Source: Fidelibacterota bacterium (GTDB lineage Bacteria; Fidelibacterota; Marinisomatia; Marinisomatales; S15-B10). From it: a DNA stretch of 18,065 bases. Shown here piece by piece: positions 7,601-15,578 of this stretch (position 1 is its first letter; every line of letters begins with the position of its first letter). The notes below the pieces were generated by a model. It did not search any database, was not told the DNA's origin, and saw nothing but the letters and a program-made list of their open reading frames with translations. The position numbers and the translations under genes were made by a program. The stretch covers positions 1-18,065 of the forward strand of contig JBHIAI010000025.1 of assembly GCA_046861655.1 (NCBI GenBank), given 5' to 3'.

Positions 7601-8833
7601 ATGAAAATGAGCTCATTCCTTCCCATCGCAGTTCCTCTTATCCTCGCCTTATCTACCTCACATCTCCTGGCCCAGAATTCTTATCCCATCGTACTGGTCC
7701 ACGGGTTCTGGGGTTGGGGTCCGGAGGAAATGGCCGGATACAATTATTGGGGCGGCTTCCATGACCTGGAGGTGGACCTGGAGTCACTGGGCTATGACGT
7801 TTATGCCGTTTCAGTGGGGCCCGTGTCTTCCAACTGGGACCGGGCAGTGGAAATGTACCATCAACTCAAAGGGGGGCAGGTGGACTACGGCAGGCGTCAT
7901 GCTCAGACCTACGGCATCATCCAGAAGCCTGAAGGTAAGGAGTACAAGGGTCTGTATCCCCAGTGGGACAGAGACCATCCCATTCACATAATCGGCCACA
8001 GCATGGGAGGGCAGACCGCCCGAATGCTCGCCTTTCTGCTGGAAAACCGGATCTTCTCTGATTCGTCGCGAACGGTTCCGGAGGAAAGTCCCCTGCTGGG
8101 TCAGTCCAACGAGGGATGGATAAGATCCATCACCTCAATATCCACGCCCCACGACGGCACAACTCTCCTGGACCTCAGGTTGGAGAACATCCCTTACTAT
8201 CTGTTCCTGGTAGGGGTAGCCAGCGTGGTGGAAACCGACTTTTACGATTTCGATCTGGATCAGTGGGGGTTCCAACGGGGGAAGAAAGAACGGTGGGCGG
8301 ACTACTACCGGCGTCTCAGGGAACATCCGCTATGGGAGTCGAAGAACATGGGCGTCTGGGACGTAAGCCTGGACGGAGCCCGGGAGCTGAACACATATCT
8401 TCGTGCGGAGGAAGACATCTTCTATTTTTCCTTCGCCACCAGCGCCACCCATCTGGATACGGCTACGGGAACTCACGTACCGGATGAAAGCATAAATCTT
8501 CTCCTTCGGTCCGAGGCGCGATGGATGGGGAAACAGGTCATTTCCTGGGCCGACGGGACGTCCATCGATTCCACCTGGTTCGAAAACGACGGGACGGTGA
8601 ACACCGTGTCCCAGTTCGGACCCACCACGGGTTTGAACGGTCCCGATCCCATCGTAGCCTTCAATCCGGATACACCTCTTAAGCCCGGCCGGTGGTACAG
8701 CCAGGGTCCCCTCCGGATGGATCACTGGTATGTAGCGGGACACTTCATCCCGCCCGGTCGGGATGAGGAATGGGCCACGGTGAGAAGGATTTACGAGGAC
8801 CACTGTCGATTGCTGTGGTCCCTGCCCCCATGA
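7601..8833 (+). CDS. secreted lipase, alpha/beta hydrolase resembling Staphylococcus/Geobacillus family I.5/I.6 lipases
   Basis: Signal peptide; YPIVLVHGFWGWG; VGPVSSNWDRAVE; nucleophile GHSMGG; TSISTPHDGT; WFENDGTVNTVSQ (catalytic Asp); MDHW (catalytic His). Confidence 0.92.
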   Translation: MKMSSFLPIAVPLILALSTSHLLAQNSYPIVLVHGFWGWGPEEMAGYNYWGGFHDLEVDLESLGYDVYAVSVGPVSSNWDRAVEMYHQLKGGQVDYGRRHAQTYGIIQKPEGKEYKGLYPQWDRDHPIHIIGHSMGGQTARMLAFLLENRIFSDSSRTVPEESPLLGQSNEGWIRSITSISTPHDGTTLLDLRLENIPYYLFLVGVASVVETDFYDFDLDQWGFQRGKKERWADYYRRLREHPLWESKNMGVWDVSLDGARELNTYLRAEEDIFYFSFATSATHLDTATGTHVPDESINLLLRSEARWMGKQVISWADGTSIDSTWFENDGTVNTVSQFGPTTGLNGPDPIVAFNPDTPLKPGRWYSQGPLRMDHWYVAGHFIPPGRDEEWATVRRIYEDHCRLLWSLPP

Positions 8834-8885
8834 GTCTGATTTTTCTTGCATTCCATGGTGAAGGTCGCCATTTTCGCCTCAACTG

Positions 8886-10406
8886 ATGCCCTCTGAGCAA
8901 GAGACTTCCACGGGGGGGTTTGGGAAAACCACCAATTTTCGCTGGCTGGCTCTGGGCGTTCTCCTGTTCGTTGTCATCCGTTTTTTCATTCCCACCCCCG
9001 TCTCTATGACGGACAAAGCGGCGGTATTATTCGGCGGTTTGGGTCCCGAAGCCGTCGCCCTGAAGGCCACTCAAATCCAGACCATCATCGCCCTTCTGGC
9101 TATGTGCGTGGTGTTTTTTGCCACCGAGGCCGTGCCCATGCCCGCGGTGGCTCTCATCATCGGCCTGGTACAACTTTTCTTCGGCGTCACGCCCCCTGAG
9201 GACATTGTTTCCACCTACGCCCACGATGCAGTGTGGTTCATCGCAGGTTCTTTGGCCATCGGCGCGACACTGGTCAAGTACGGTCTGGACAAACGGATTG
9301 GGATGCTGGTGGTGGGCCTGTCTGGAACACGGACGCGGATGATTGTCCTGGGCCTGCTTCTGGGTACAGCCATTCCGTCGGCCTTTATCAACGAAGCGTC
9401 CATCGCCCCCATGTACATTCCCATTGCCCTGGCCCTCTTCACCCTGACCCACAAAACCATTCCTGCCCCCAGGCTGGGGAAGCTTCTCATGATTTCCGTT
9501 GCCGTGGGATGCATGATCGGCGCTCCCATGAGTCCCACGGGAGGGGCCAGGAACGCCATCATGATCGGCTTTCTCTCCAACATTGGGATCGAAATCTCCT
9601 TCTTCCAGTGGATCACTATGGGCGTATTCTATACGGTTGTCATGTCGGCGGTCATGGCCTTTGCCCTTCCCTTGCTGTTCAAACCGGAAGTGAACGACCT
9701 GTCTGATGCCGTTTCTACTCTTAAACAGGATCTGGACAGGCACGGCAAAATGACCGCCAAACAGTGGATGGTGGCGGCTATCATGTTCTTCGTGGTTTAC
9801 CTGTGGATTACGGACAAGACCATCACCCGACAGCTGCTCGGTTTTTCTCTCGGTCTGGGAGGGGTAGCCATCACGGGTGCCGTCCTATACATGATCCTGG
9901 GACTCACATCTTGGAGAGACTATGAAACCAACGTAAGCTGGGGTGTGATTGTTCTGTATGCCGGTGCCATCAGTCTCGGTTCGGTGTTTAAGTCCTCGGG
10001 TGCCGCCAGCTGGCTTGGGGACGTCATCATCGCTTCGGTCGCTCCCCTGGGAATGGAATCGGGCATTCCCCTGATTCTTCTGGTGATCGTCATCGGTGCC
10101 GGAATCACGAATCTCATGAGCGCTGGTGCGACCGTAGCCGTAATGGGTCCGCTGGTTCTGGACATGGCTCAGACTTCGGGCACCAATCCCGTACTTGTAG
10201 GAGTGGGTCTGGCCATTGCCACCTCCCTGGCCTACTGGCTGGTGATCGGTACTCCTGCCAGTTCCATTGTGTATGCCAGCGGCCAGCTGGAGGCCAAAGA
10301 CTTTATCCGGATGGCCATCATGGGTTGGCCGGTAGCTCTTGGGGTCATGGTGGTGATGGTTATTCTTTACTGGGTGGTGGTGTTAGGCATTCCTGTTCAC
10401 GTATAG
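8886..10406 (+). CDS. DASS/SLC13 family divalent anion:Na+ symporter
   Basis: Polytopic membrane protein with FATEAVP, KYGLDKRI, SAFINE, SPTGGARNAI, VSWGVIVLYAG, TNLMS and IGTPASSIVY motifs. Confidence 0.9.
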   Translation: MPSEQETSTGGFGKTTNFRWLALGVLLFVVIRFFIPTPVSMTDKAAVLFGGLGPEAVALKATQIQTIIALLAMCVVFFATEAVPMPAVALIIGLVQLFFGVTPPEDIVSTYAHDAVWFIAGSLAIGATLVKYGLDKRIGMLVVGLSGTRTRMIVLGLLLGTAIPSAFINEASIAPMYIPIALALFTLTHKTIPAPRLGKLLMISVAVGCMIGAPMSPTGGARNAIMIGFLSNIGIEISFFQWITMGVFYTVVMSAVMAFALPLLFKPEVNDLSDAVSTLKQDLDRHGKMTAKQWMVAAIMFFVVYLWITDKTITRQLLGFSLGLGGVAITGAVLYMILGLTSWRDYETNVSWGVIVLYAGAISLGSVFKSSGAASWLGDVIIASVAPLGMESGIPLILLVIVIGAGITNLMSAGATVAVMGPLVLDMAQTSGTNPVLVGVGLAIATSLAYWLVIGTPASSIVYASGQLEAKDFIRMAIMGWPVALGVMVVMVILYWVVVLGIPVHV

Positions 10407-10418
10407 TGAGGTGGTGCT

Positions 10419-10733
10419 ATGACGGAATTCATTGTCGGTGTCCTTGTCCTTGCGGTATTCATTCTGGCGTTCTTGGAGGGAAGGAAGAAGCAGCTGGGCC
10501 GGGCCGAATCGGCCAGGGAGGCCAGGCGTGCCCGGAAGCAATCGTGGCAAGATGAGTCCGTTCTTTCCCGCAATCAGGTTGAAGACCTGAGAGAGGAGCT
10601 GATCACCTCCGTGGAAGAGAGGTTGGCGGATCAGCCCGAGCAGCTGGAGAAGGTGAAAAAGATTATTGACGATTGGGCCAGTCTGAAGATTGAGTCCTTC
10701 CGTGAGAGGCGCTCCTGGGTCCGCCGACCGTGA
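10419..10733 (+). CDS. hypothetical single-TM membrane protein
   Basis: GAGGTG SD. One N-terminal TM segment followed by a charged helical tail. Starts 12 nt after the DASS stop. Confidence 0.75.
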   Translation: MTEFIVGVLVLAVFILAFLEGRKKQLGRAESAREARRARKQSWQDESVLSRNQVEDLREELITSVEERLADQPEQLEKVKKIIDDWASLKIESFRERRSWVRRP

Positions 10734-10739
10734 AAGATT

Positions 10740-10756
10740 GGGGTCACATCTTAAAA
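10740..10756 (+). repeat. left inverted repeat (contains the transposase stop codon)
   Basis: Perfect 17-bp match to the reverse complement of 11816-11832, extending to 21/22. Confidence 0.9.
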
Positions 10757-11725
10757 ATTAAGTATCTCCTTTTCAATCCTCTTCATCTTGTCCTGCAACC
10801 TTTTATCCCTGGCCAACCCTTTGTTGAGTTCTGTGCAGCTCATAGTGATGGCGGCGCCGGATACCCCGCCAAAAAACTTGCCCAGGTTTTTGGAGGATAC
10901 CCCGCTATGACTTCTTGAAAGGAAAATGGCAATCTCTCGGGCTCTGTTTCTCTGGAGGCCTTTCGCCAGGATCTTCTCTTTAGCGCAATCGAATTCCTTG
11001 CAGACTGCCTGAACAATTGTCTCAACAGAAATCCTCGGTCTTATGGCCCTAAGTTGAGGGATCTCCTTCTCCTCTCTCCGAGCAGAAACAAAAGTCTCCT
11101 GTATCCATTTCACAAAATCCTTTCCTCCCAGGACAACCCCGCCAAGTGCATGCTTGCTGGGATACGTAACTTCCTTAACATCCACTTCCTCTACATATTC
11201 TCTGTACCCCTTGATGGCTTCTTTCGTATTTCCCCCAAAATAACTCAGTAACCCCCGTGTTTCTAGCCAGTCAGGCCCCTTCAGGCTCCCCACGAGAGCA
11301 GGATAGCTACTCCATGGATAATCCTGGGGTCTTCTTACAATCCCTGCACGGACCGGGTTGAGATGTATGTAGCGGGAAAGACTGGTGAGATATTCCTCCG
11401 CTTCGATCAGCAAGGCCTTGAACCTCCCTCCGAACACGTGTCCGCTCCTATCGTGAAGCCTGTTATAGAACACTGCATAGCTGACGTTCAACCACTGGAT
11501 GGCAGAACTCAGGTTGGCCTGGGGTGTTTGCAGTAACAGGTGGTAATGATTGCCCATGATACAATAGGCGTGGATAAGGGTGGCGAATCGGTCCGCGACT
11601 CCTGAAAGATACTCAAGAAACTTTTCCTTGTCTTTTGTGGCAGGAAAAACAGCCTCTCGGGCAATGCCTCGATTCATGACATGGTAGTAGGCTCCGGGAT
11701 ACTCTATCCGTAACGGTCTTGCCAT
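10751..11725 (-). CDS. REP-associated tyrosine transposase-like protein (Y1_Tnp HUH domain with C-terminal DnaA-C-like HTH)
   Basis: MARPLRIEYPGAYYHVMNRG; HUH motif AYCIMGNHYHLL; YNRLHDRSGHVFGGRFKA; catalytic Tyr in RYIHLNPVRAG; YPWSSY; C-terminal ISVETIVQAVCKEF...RAREIAIFLSR...LGKFFGG. Confidence 0.93.
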   Translation of the reverse strand: MARPLRIEYPGAYYHVMNRGIAREAVFPATKDKEKFLEYLSGVADRFATLIHAYCIMGNHYHLLLQTPQANLSSAIQWLNVSYAVFYNRLHDRSGHVFGGRFKALLIEAEEYLTSLSRYIHLNPVRAGIVRRPQDYPWSSYPALVGSLKGPDWLETRGLLSYFGGNTKEAIKGYREYVEEVDVKEVTYPSKHALGGVVLGGKDFVKWIQETFVSARREEKEIPQLRAIRPRISVETIVQAVCKEFDCAKEKILAKGLQRNRAREIAIFLSRSHSGVSSKNLGKFFGGVSGAAITMSCTELNKGLARDKRLQDKMKRIEKEILNF

Positions 11726-11815
11726 GTTGGGTACCTAATGATTACGATGAGTGATGGCCAATGACGAAAAACAAACAAAAAGTAGCTGGGTTCGAAGGAA
11801 ATACCAACATTTAAC

Positions 11816-11832
11816 TTTTAAGATGTGACCCC
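11816..11832 (-). repeat. right inverted repeat
   Basis: TTTTAAGATGTGACCCC, the reverse complement of 10740-10756. Confidence 0.9.
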
Positions 11833-11892
11833 TGCTGCTACAATCAATGGGAGACAATCAGGTTCGATCTATGGTAAATTATCCGTTGTCAT

Positions 11893-14010
11893 TTGAAGTC
11901 CAGATCCCTGAAAAACAGTAGAATCTTGTCGGCCCGGAGAATAGGGCACCTCCGGCGCAGGATTGCGTTGGGGAAGACCCTGTCTAGCCTGTTCGACCGT
12001 TTCCTTCACGGACTGAAATCCCGGGAACAGCTATTCGTCATTTCTGCCGCTGTTTTCATCGGAGTTTCGGGGGGAGCCGCGGCGGCGGGATTCAGGTTTC
12101 TTATTGATCTTTTCCAGTCGCTCCTGTGGGGAAAAGGCACTTTTACAGACCTGGTCCGGTGGGCACCCCTTTACATGAAATGGTTCGTTCCCGCTGCCGG
12201 CGGAGCTGTCGTGGCGGCGTTGGTTTTCAGATTTGCCAGGGAAGCCAAGGGCCACGGGGTACCTGAAGTCATGGAGGCTGTGGCCACCCGCAATGGATTC
12301 ATTCGAATGCGAGTTGTCGCGGTGAAAAGTGTCGTCTCGGCTCTCTGCATCGCGTCGGGCGGTTCCGTGGGCAGGGAGGGTCCTATCGCCCAGGTGGGCT
12401 CGGCTTTCGGGTCCGCGGTGGGGCAGATACTTCAGGTGTCCCGGCGGAGGATGCGAACCTTCGTGGGATGCGGGGCGGCGGCAGGAATCGCAGCGACATT
12501 TAACGCACCCATTGCAGGCGCCATCTTTGCGAGCGAGATTATCCTGGGGGATTTCAGTATCGGATCTATCGGTCCCGTCATGATTTCCTCCGTCCTGGCT
12601 ACCGTGGTAACCCGGGGCATCTACGGGGATTATCCTGCGTTCGTCCCTCCCGTCTATGTCCTTCGGAATCCCGTTGAACTGGTTTTCTACGGAGTACTGG
12701 GCGTGGCGGCTGGCCTGGTGGCTCTTATCTTCATCAAGATGCTGTACTCCAGCGAAGATCTTTTCGACAGGATAAAGATTCCGGTCCCCGCAAGAGCCGC
12801 GGCTGGGGGACTCATCCTTGGAACGATTGCCCTGGTGGCCCCTGAGGTCCTGGGGGTGGGGTACGAATCCGTCGGTCCCGTTCTGGCCGGAGAATTCACC
12901 GTACTGGTTTCTCTCATGCTCCTGGCCCTGAAGCTTTTGGCCACGAGTGTTACCCTCGGGTCGGGTGGGTCAGGGGGTGTCTTTGCGCCATCCTTGTTCA
13001 TCGGGGCCATGCTTGGCAGTGCCTTGGGCGATGTCCTTCACTCTCTGTTTCCTCTGGTAACGGCTTCGGCCGGAGCCTACGCTCTGGTGGGGATGGCGGC
13101 GGTGGTGGCAGCCACCACGCACGCCCCGATCACCGCCATTCTGATCATCTTCGAAATGACGTCAGAGTACACAGTCATCCTTCCTCTGATGATTTCGAGT
13201 ATTCTCGCCACCTTCGTCAAATCCCGCCTGCTGGCTGGCTCCATATACACCCTGAAACTGGAGCGGAAGGGGGTGAATATCCATGGCGGCCGTGATGTGG
13301 CCGTCCTGAGAAGGTTGAGTGTGGGAAGGATGATGCGGAAAGGAGTGAAATCCATCGGCGAAAACGAAACGGTGGAAAGCCTTCTGGCCCTGATATCGGC
13401 CAGCAGTCAATCCTATTTTCCTGTTGTCAACGAACGGGGATCCCTGACAGGCATGGTCACCATCAATACGATCCGGCGCTTTCTGAACCGGTACGAGGAG
13501 GTTCCGTCCGATTCAACCGTAAAGGACGTCTGTGAAACCACCCGGTCCACGGTTACTACGGAGACCTCCGTGGATGAGGCTCTCAGGATCATGTCATCGG
13601 AAGATGTGGCAAGCCTGCCGGTGGTGGGCGATGAGGGTCAGGTGATGGGCCAGCTTTTCAGGTCAGATATTATCGGAGAATATCAGGAACTCCTGCTCCA
13701 GGAGCAGACTGCGAATTCGGTGGCGTCCGCTATGGAATCCGTTCACCGGAACTACCACGAACTAACGGAGGTAATACCTGGGTTTTACGTGGCCCGCATT
13801 GACGTACCTTCGCGCTTCATCAATCGGACCGTTCCCGACCTGAATATCCGGAGGAATTATGGGGTGGACGTGTTGTTGGTCCGCCACCCCTCCGGTGATG
13901 GCTACGAGAATAGGATTCCTACTGACAGAATGCGGTTCGTCCGCGGGGATCAGATGGTGATTTTTGGGGAAAAGGGGGCCGTAGACAGGATGACCAAACT
14001 CGACGTTTGA
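11893..14010 (+). CDS. ClC-family chloride channel/transporter with tandem CBS domains and C-terminal TrkA_C (RCK_C) domain
   Basis: GHGVPE, GREGP, GAAAGIAATFNAP, GGVFAP, FEMT and SIYT motifs; a CBS pair; DLNIRRNYGVDVLLV...GDQMVIFG. The start is uncertain: TTG at 11893 or a later TTG near 11968. Confidence 0.93.
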   Translation: MKSRSLKNSRILSARRIGHLRRRIALGKTLSSLFDRFLHGLKSREQLFVISAAVFIGVSGGAAAAGFRFLIDLFQSLLWGKGTFTDLVRWAPLYMKWFVPAAGGAVVAALVFRFAREAKGHGVPEVMEAVATRNGFIRMRVVAVKSVVSALCIASGGSVGREGPIAQVGSAFGSAVGQILQVSRRRMRTFVGCGAAAGIAATFNAPIAGAIFASEIILGDFSIGSIGPVMISSVLATVVTRGIYGDYPAFVPPVYVLRNPVELVFYGVLGVAAGLVALIFIKMLYSSEDLFDRIKIPVPARAAAGGLILGTIALVAPEVLGVGYESVGPVLAGEFTVLVSLMLLALKLLATSVTLGSGGSGGVFAPSLFIGAMLGSALGDVLHSLFPLVTASAGAYALVGMAAVVAATTHAPITAILIIFEMTSEYTVILPLMISSILATFVKSRLLAGSIYTLKLERKGVNIHGGRDVAVLRRLSVGRMMRKGVKSIGENETVESLLALISASSQSYFPVVNERGSLTGMVTINTIRRFLNRYEEVPSDSTVKDVCETTRSTVTTETSVDEALRIMSSEDVASLPVVGDEGQVMGQLFRSDIIGEYQELLLQEQTANSVASAMESVHRNYHELTEVIPGFYVARIDVPSRFINRTVPDLNIRRNYGVDVLLVRHPSGDGYENRIPTDRMRFVRGDQMVIFGEKGAVDRMTKLDV

Positions 14011-14051
14011 CCTCTGATTTGGCTTTTTCCCAGGCCGGCAAAAGTCCCATA

Positions 14052-14128
14052 GGGGTCACATCTCCAATCTTGGATGGCTCCTTTTCAATCCCTTTCAACT
14101 CTCTTAAGGAACAGGTGGTAATGATTGC
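14052..14128 (-). mobile_element. degenerate, internally deleted relic of the same Y1 transposase element
   Basis: GGGGTCACATCT-N14-CTCCTTTTCAATCC has the same spacing as 10740-10779. It is followed by AACAGGTGGTAATGATTGC (14110-14128), identical to 11535-11553, the HUH-encoding segment. Confidence 0.8.
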
Positions 14129-14195
14129 GCTTGCATCTCACTATTCCACTCGCGAATTTCCCTGGAGAGGGGTGATCCAGCGGGGGAAGTAAGCA

Positions 14196-14729
14196 ATGAA
14201 TACCTTCATTGAACAGATCGAGTCACTCGGTCCACGAGTGGTGACCGCTGTGGTGGTATTCATGGTTTTCTGGATCGGTGGAGTCCTGACCCAAAAGGTG
14301 GTCCGGCGGTTGGGATCCCAGAAGGACCTTGATGAACAATTCCTCGGTCTAGTGAGCTAATCCACAAAACTTGGAATGATTATTGTGGGTGCAATCACGG
14401 CTGCGGGAACATTAGGAATAGACGTTTCTGCCCTGGTGGCTGGTCTCGGTCTTACCGGTTTCGCTCTTGGGTTCGCCTTCCGTGACATGTTATCGAATCT
14501 GATAGCGGGGACCATGATTCTGATCTACAGACCTTTTCAGGCTGATGATCGAATAGCCGTTGCAGGTTCCGAAGGCCGGGTGATCGAAATCAGTCTTCGC
14601 TACACGACCATTCTCACGGAGAGTGGCAAAGTTCATATTCCGAACGCCACTCTGTACAAGAATGCCATAACGGTGTTCAGCCCGACGAATAAAACAGAGG
14701 AGGGAGATCAGAAGAAGAAAGTTGAATAG
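14196..14729 (+). pseudogene. mscS: small-conductance mechanosensitive channel (MscS) with in-frame TAA at codon 55
   Basis: ATG 14196 reads MNTFIEQIESLGPRVVTAVVVFMVFWIGG...FLGLVS*STKLG and is in frame with the 14376 ORF (LGIDVSALVAGLGLTGFALGFAFRDMLSNLIAG...RPF...IPN). The stop is at 14358-14360. Confidence 0.85.
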
Positions 14730-14906
14730 TCTCCAAGCTGATGGAAAGGAATCAATAGGGCATATTCCTGGCAAGAATGAAGGCGAATGGTTCACCCGGA
14801 TCAAGGGAAGGGAATTCCTGTAGTTATCTTTCTATCTATTCGACACGTTCTGAAGGACTTCAGTAGCCTCAATTTCCTGGCCAATTAGAAGAAAGGTGAC
14901 ATCATC

Positions 14907-15030
14907 ATGATCGATATCATCGACTACAAAATTCACGGAGACGATATGCAAATCGTTGAAGTTGAACTTGACCCTGGGGAAGGGGTGAGAGCGGAAGCTG
15001 GAGCCGTGCGGTACGATCATTCAGATGGAG
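14907..15030 (+). pseudogene. 5' fragment of TIGR00266/AIM24 family gene
   Basis: MIDIIDYKIHGDDMQIVEVELDPGEGVRAEAGA is the characteristic N-terminus. Similarity continues only as a frameshifted IQME and is then lost. Confidence 0.8.
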
Positions 15031-15114
15031 CGAAAAGTGGCCCAAACAATGGTGGAGGGTCAGGCACATGGATACCAGGAGTGACGATTGCCGCTAAAGG
15101 GAAAGGATTTTGAC

Positions 15115-15378
15115 TTGAGCAGGAAACACGTGCTTCCGGCTTACTTTCTCATTCTGGGCGTCGCCTGTTACAGCCCGTCACCCGTAGGGTCGAAATCGCA
15201 GTTGGTCTCAGTCCAGTGGCTGGCCACACATCTCCATGACGAGAATCTGGTACTGTTTCACATCGGTCAGCAGGCGAGCCTCGGCTATTTCGTAGCCAGG
15301 CAACTTGGATACGAAGCTCACCTTTATGACGGTTCTTGGCGAGAGTGGGATAAGCGGAGGGACTTACCCGTCGAATGA
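15115..15378 (+). pseudogene. rhodanese/sulfurtransferase (SseA-like) with a large in-frame internal deletion
   Basis: The N-terminal motif LVSVQWLATHLHDENLVLFHIG is fused directly to the C-terminal motif QQASLGYFVARQLGYEAHLYDGSWREW...LPVE. No catalytic Cys loop remains. Confidence 0.8.
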
Positions 15379-15578
15379 TGTGTTCGCGTTCAAGACAGTT
15401 TGGCGATTTGGGACTGGACCAGGTCTGACGCGAGCTTCTTACCTGACGACCGGCCCCTGTTCCGGGGGGAGTAATTATGTTGTTTTCCTTGGTTTTCGTG
15501 TCGATATTTCTTTGCACGGCGTTATCACGTCACAATCTGTGGGGAATAGTGTTCGCCTTCACACCCAGGGAGGGGATT

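Larger units (their letters stand above)
10740..11832 (-). mobile_element. 1,093-bp IS-like element: RAYT-like Y1 HUH transposase bounded by terminal inverted repeats
   Basis: GGGGTCACATCTTAAAA (10740-10756) and its exact reverse complement TTTTAAGATGTGACCCC (11816-11832) enclose a single transposase gene. The sequence is visibly less GC-rich than its flanks. Confidence 0.8.

Noticed and set aside
10341..10347. GGGGTCA match to the element end inside the DASS gene
   Set aside because: Only 7 bp, within coding sequence; expected by chance.
10740..11832. Tn3-family assignment based on GGGGTC ends
   Set aside because: The IRs are far shorter than about 38 bp, there is no 5-bp TSD, no DDE transposase or resolvase, and the encoded enzyme is HUH-type.
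14730..14830. Possible additional gene fragment (QADGKESIGHIPGKNEGEWFTRIKGREFL*)
   Set aside because: No start, too short and no recognisable family.
15477..15578. 34-aa N-terminal extension of the lipoprotein
   Set aside because: The ATG at 15579 has an SD and gives a normal lipoprotein signal peptide.
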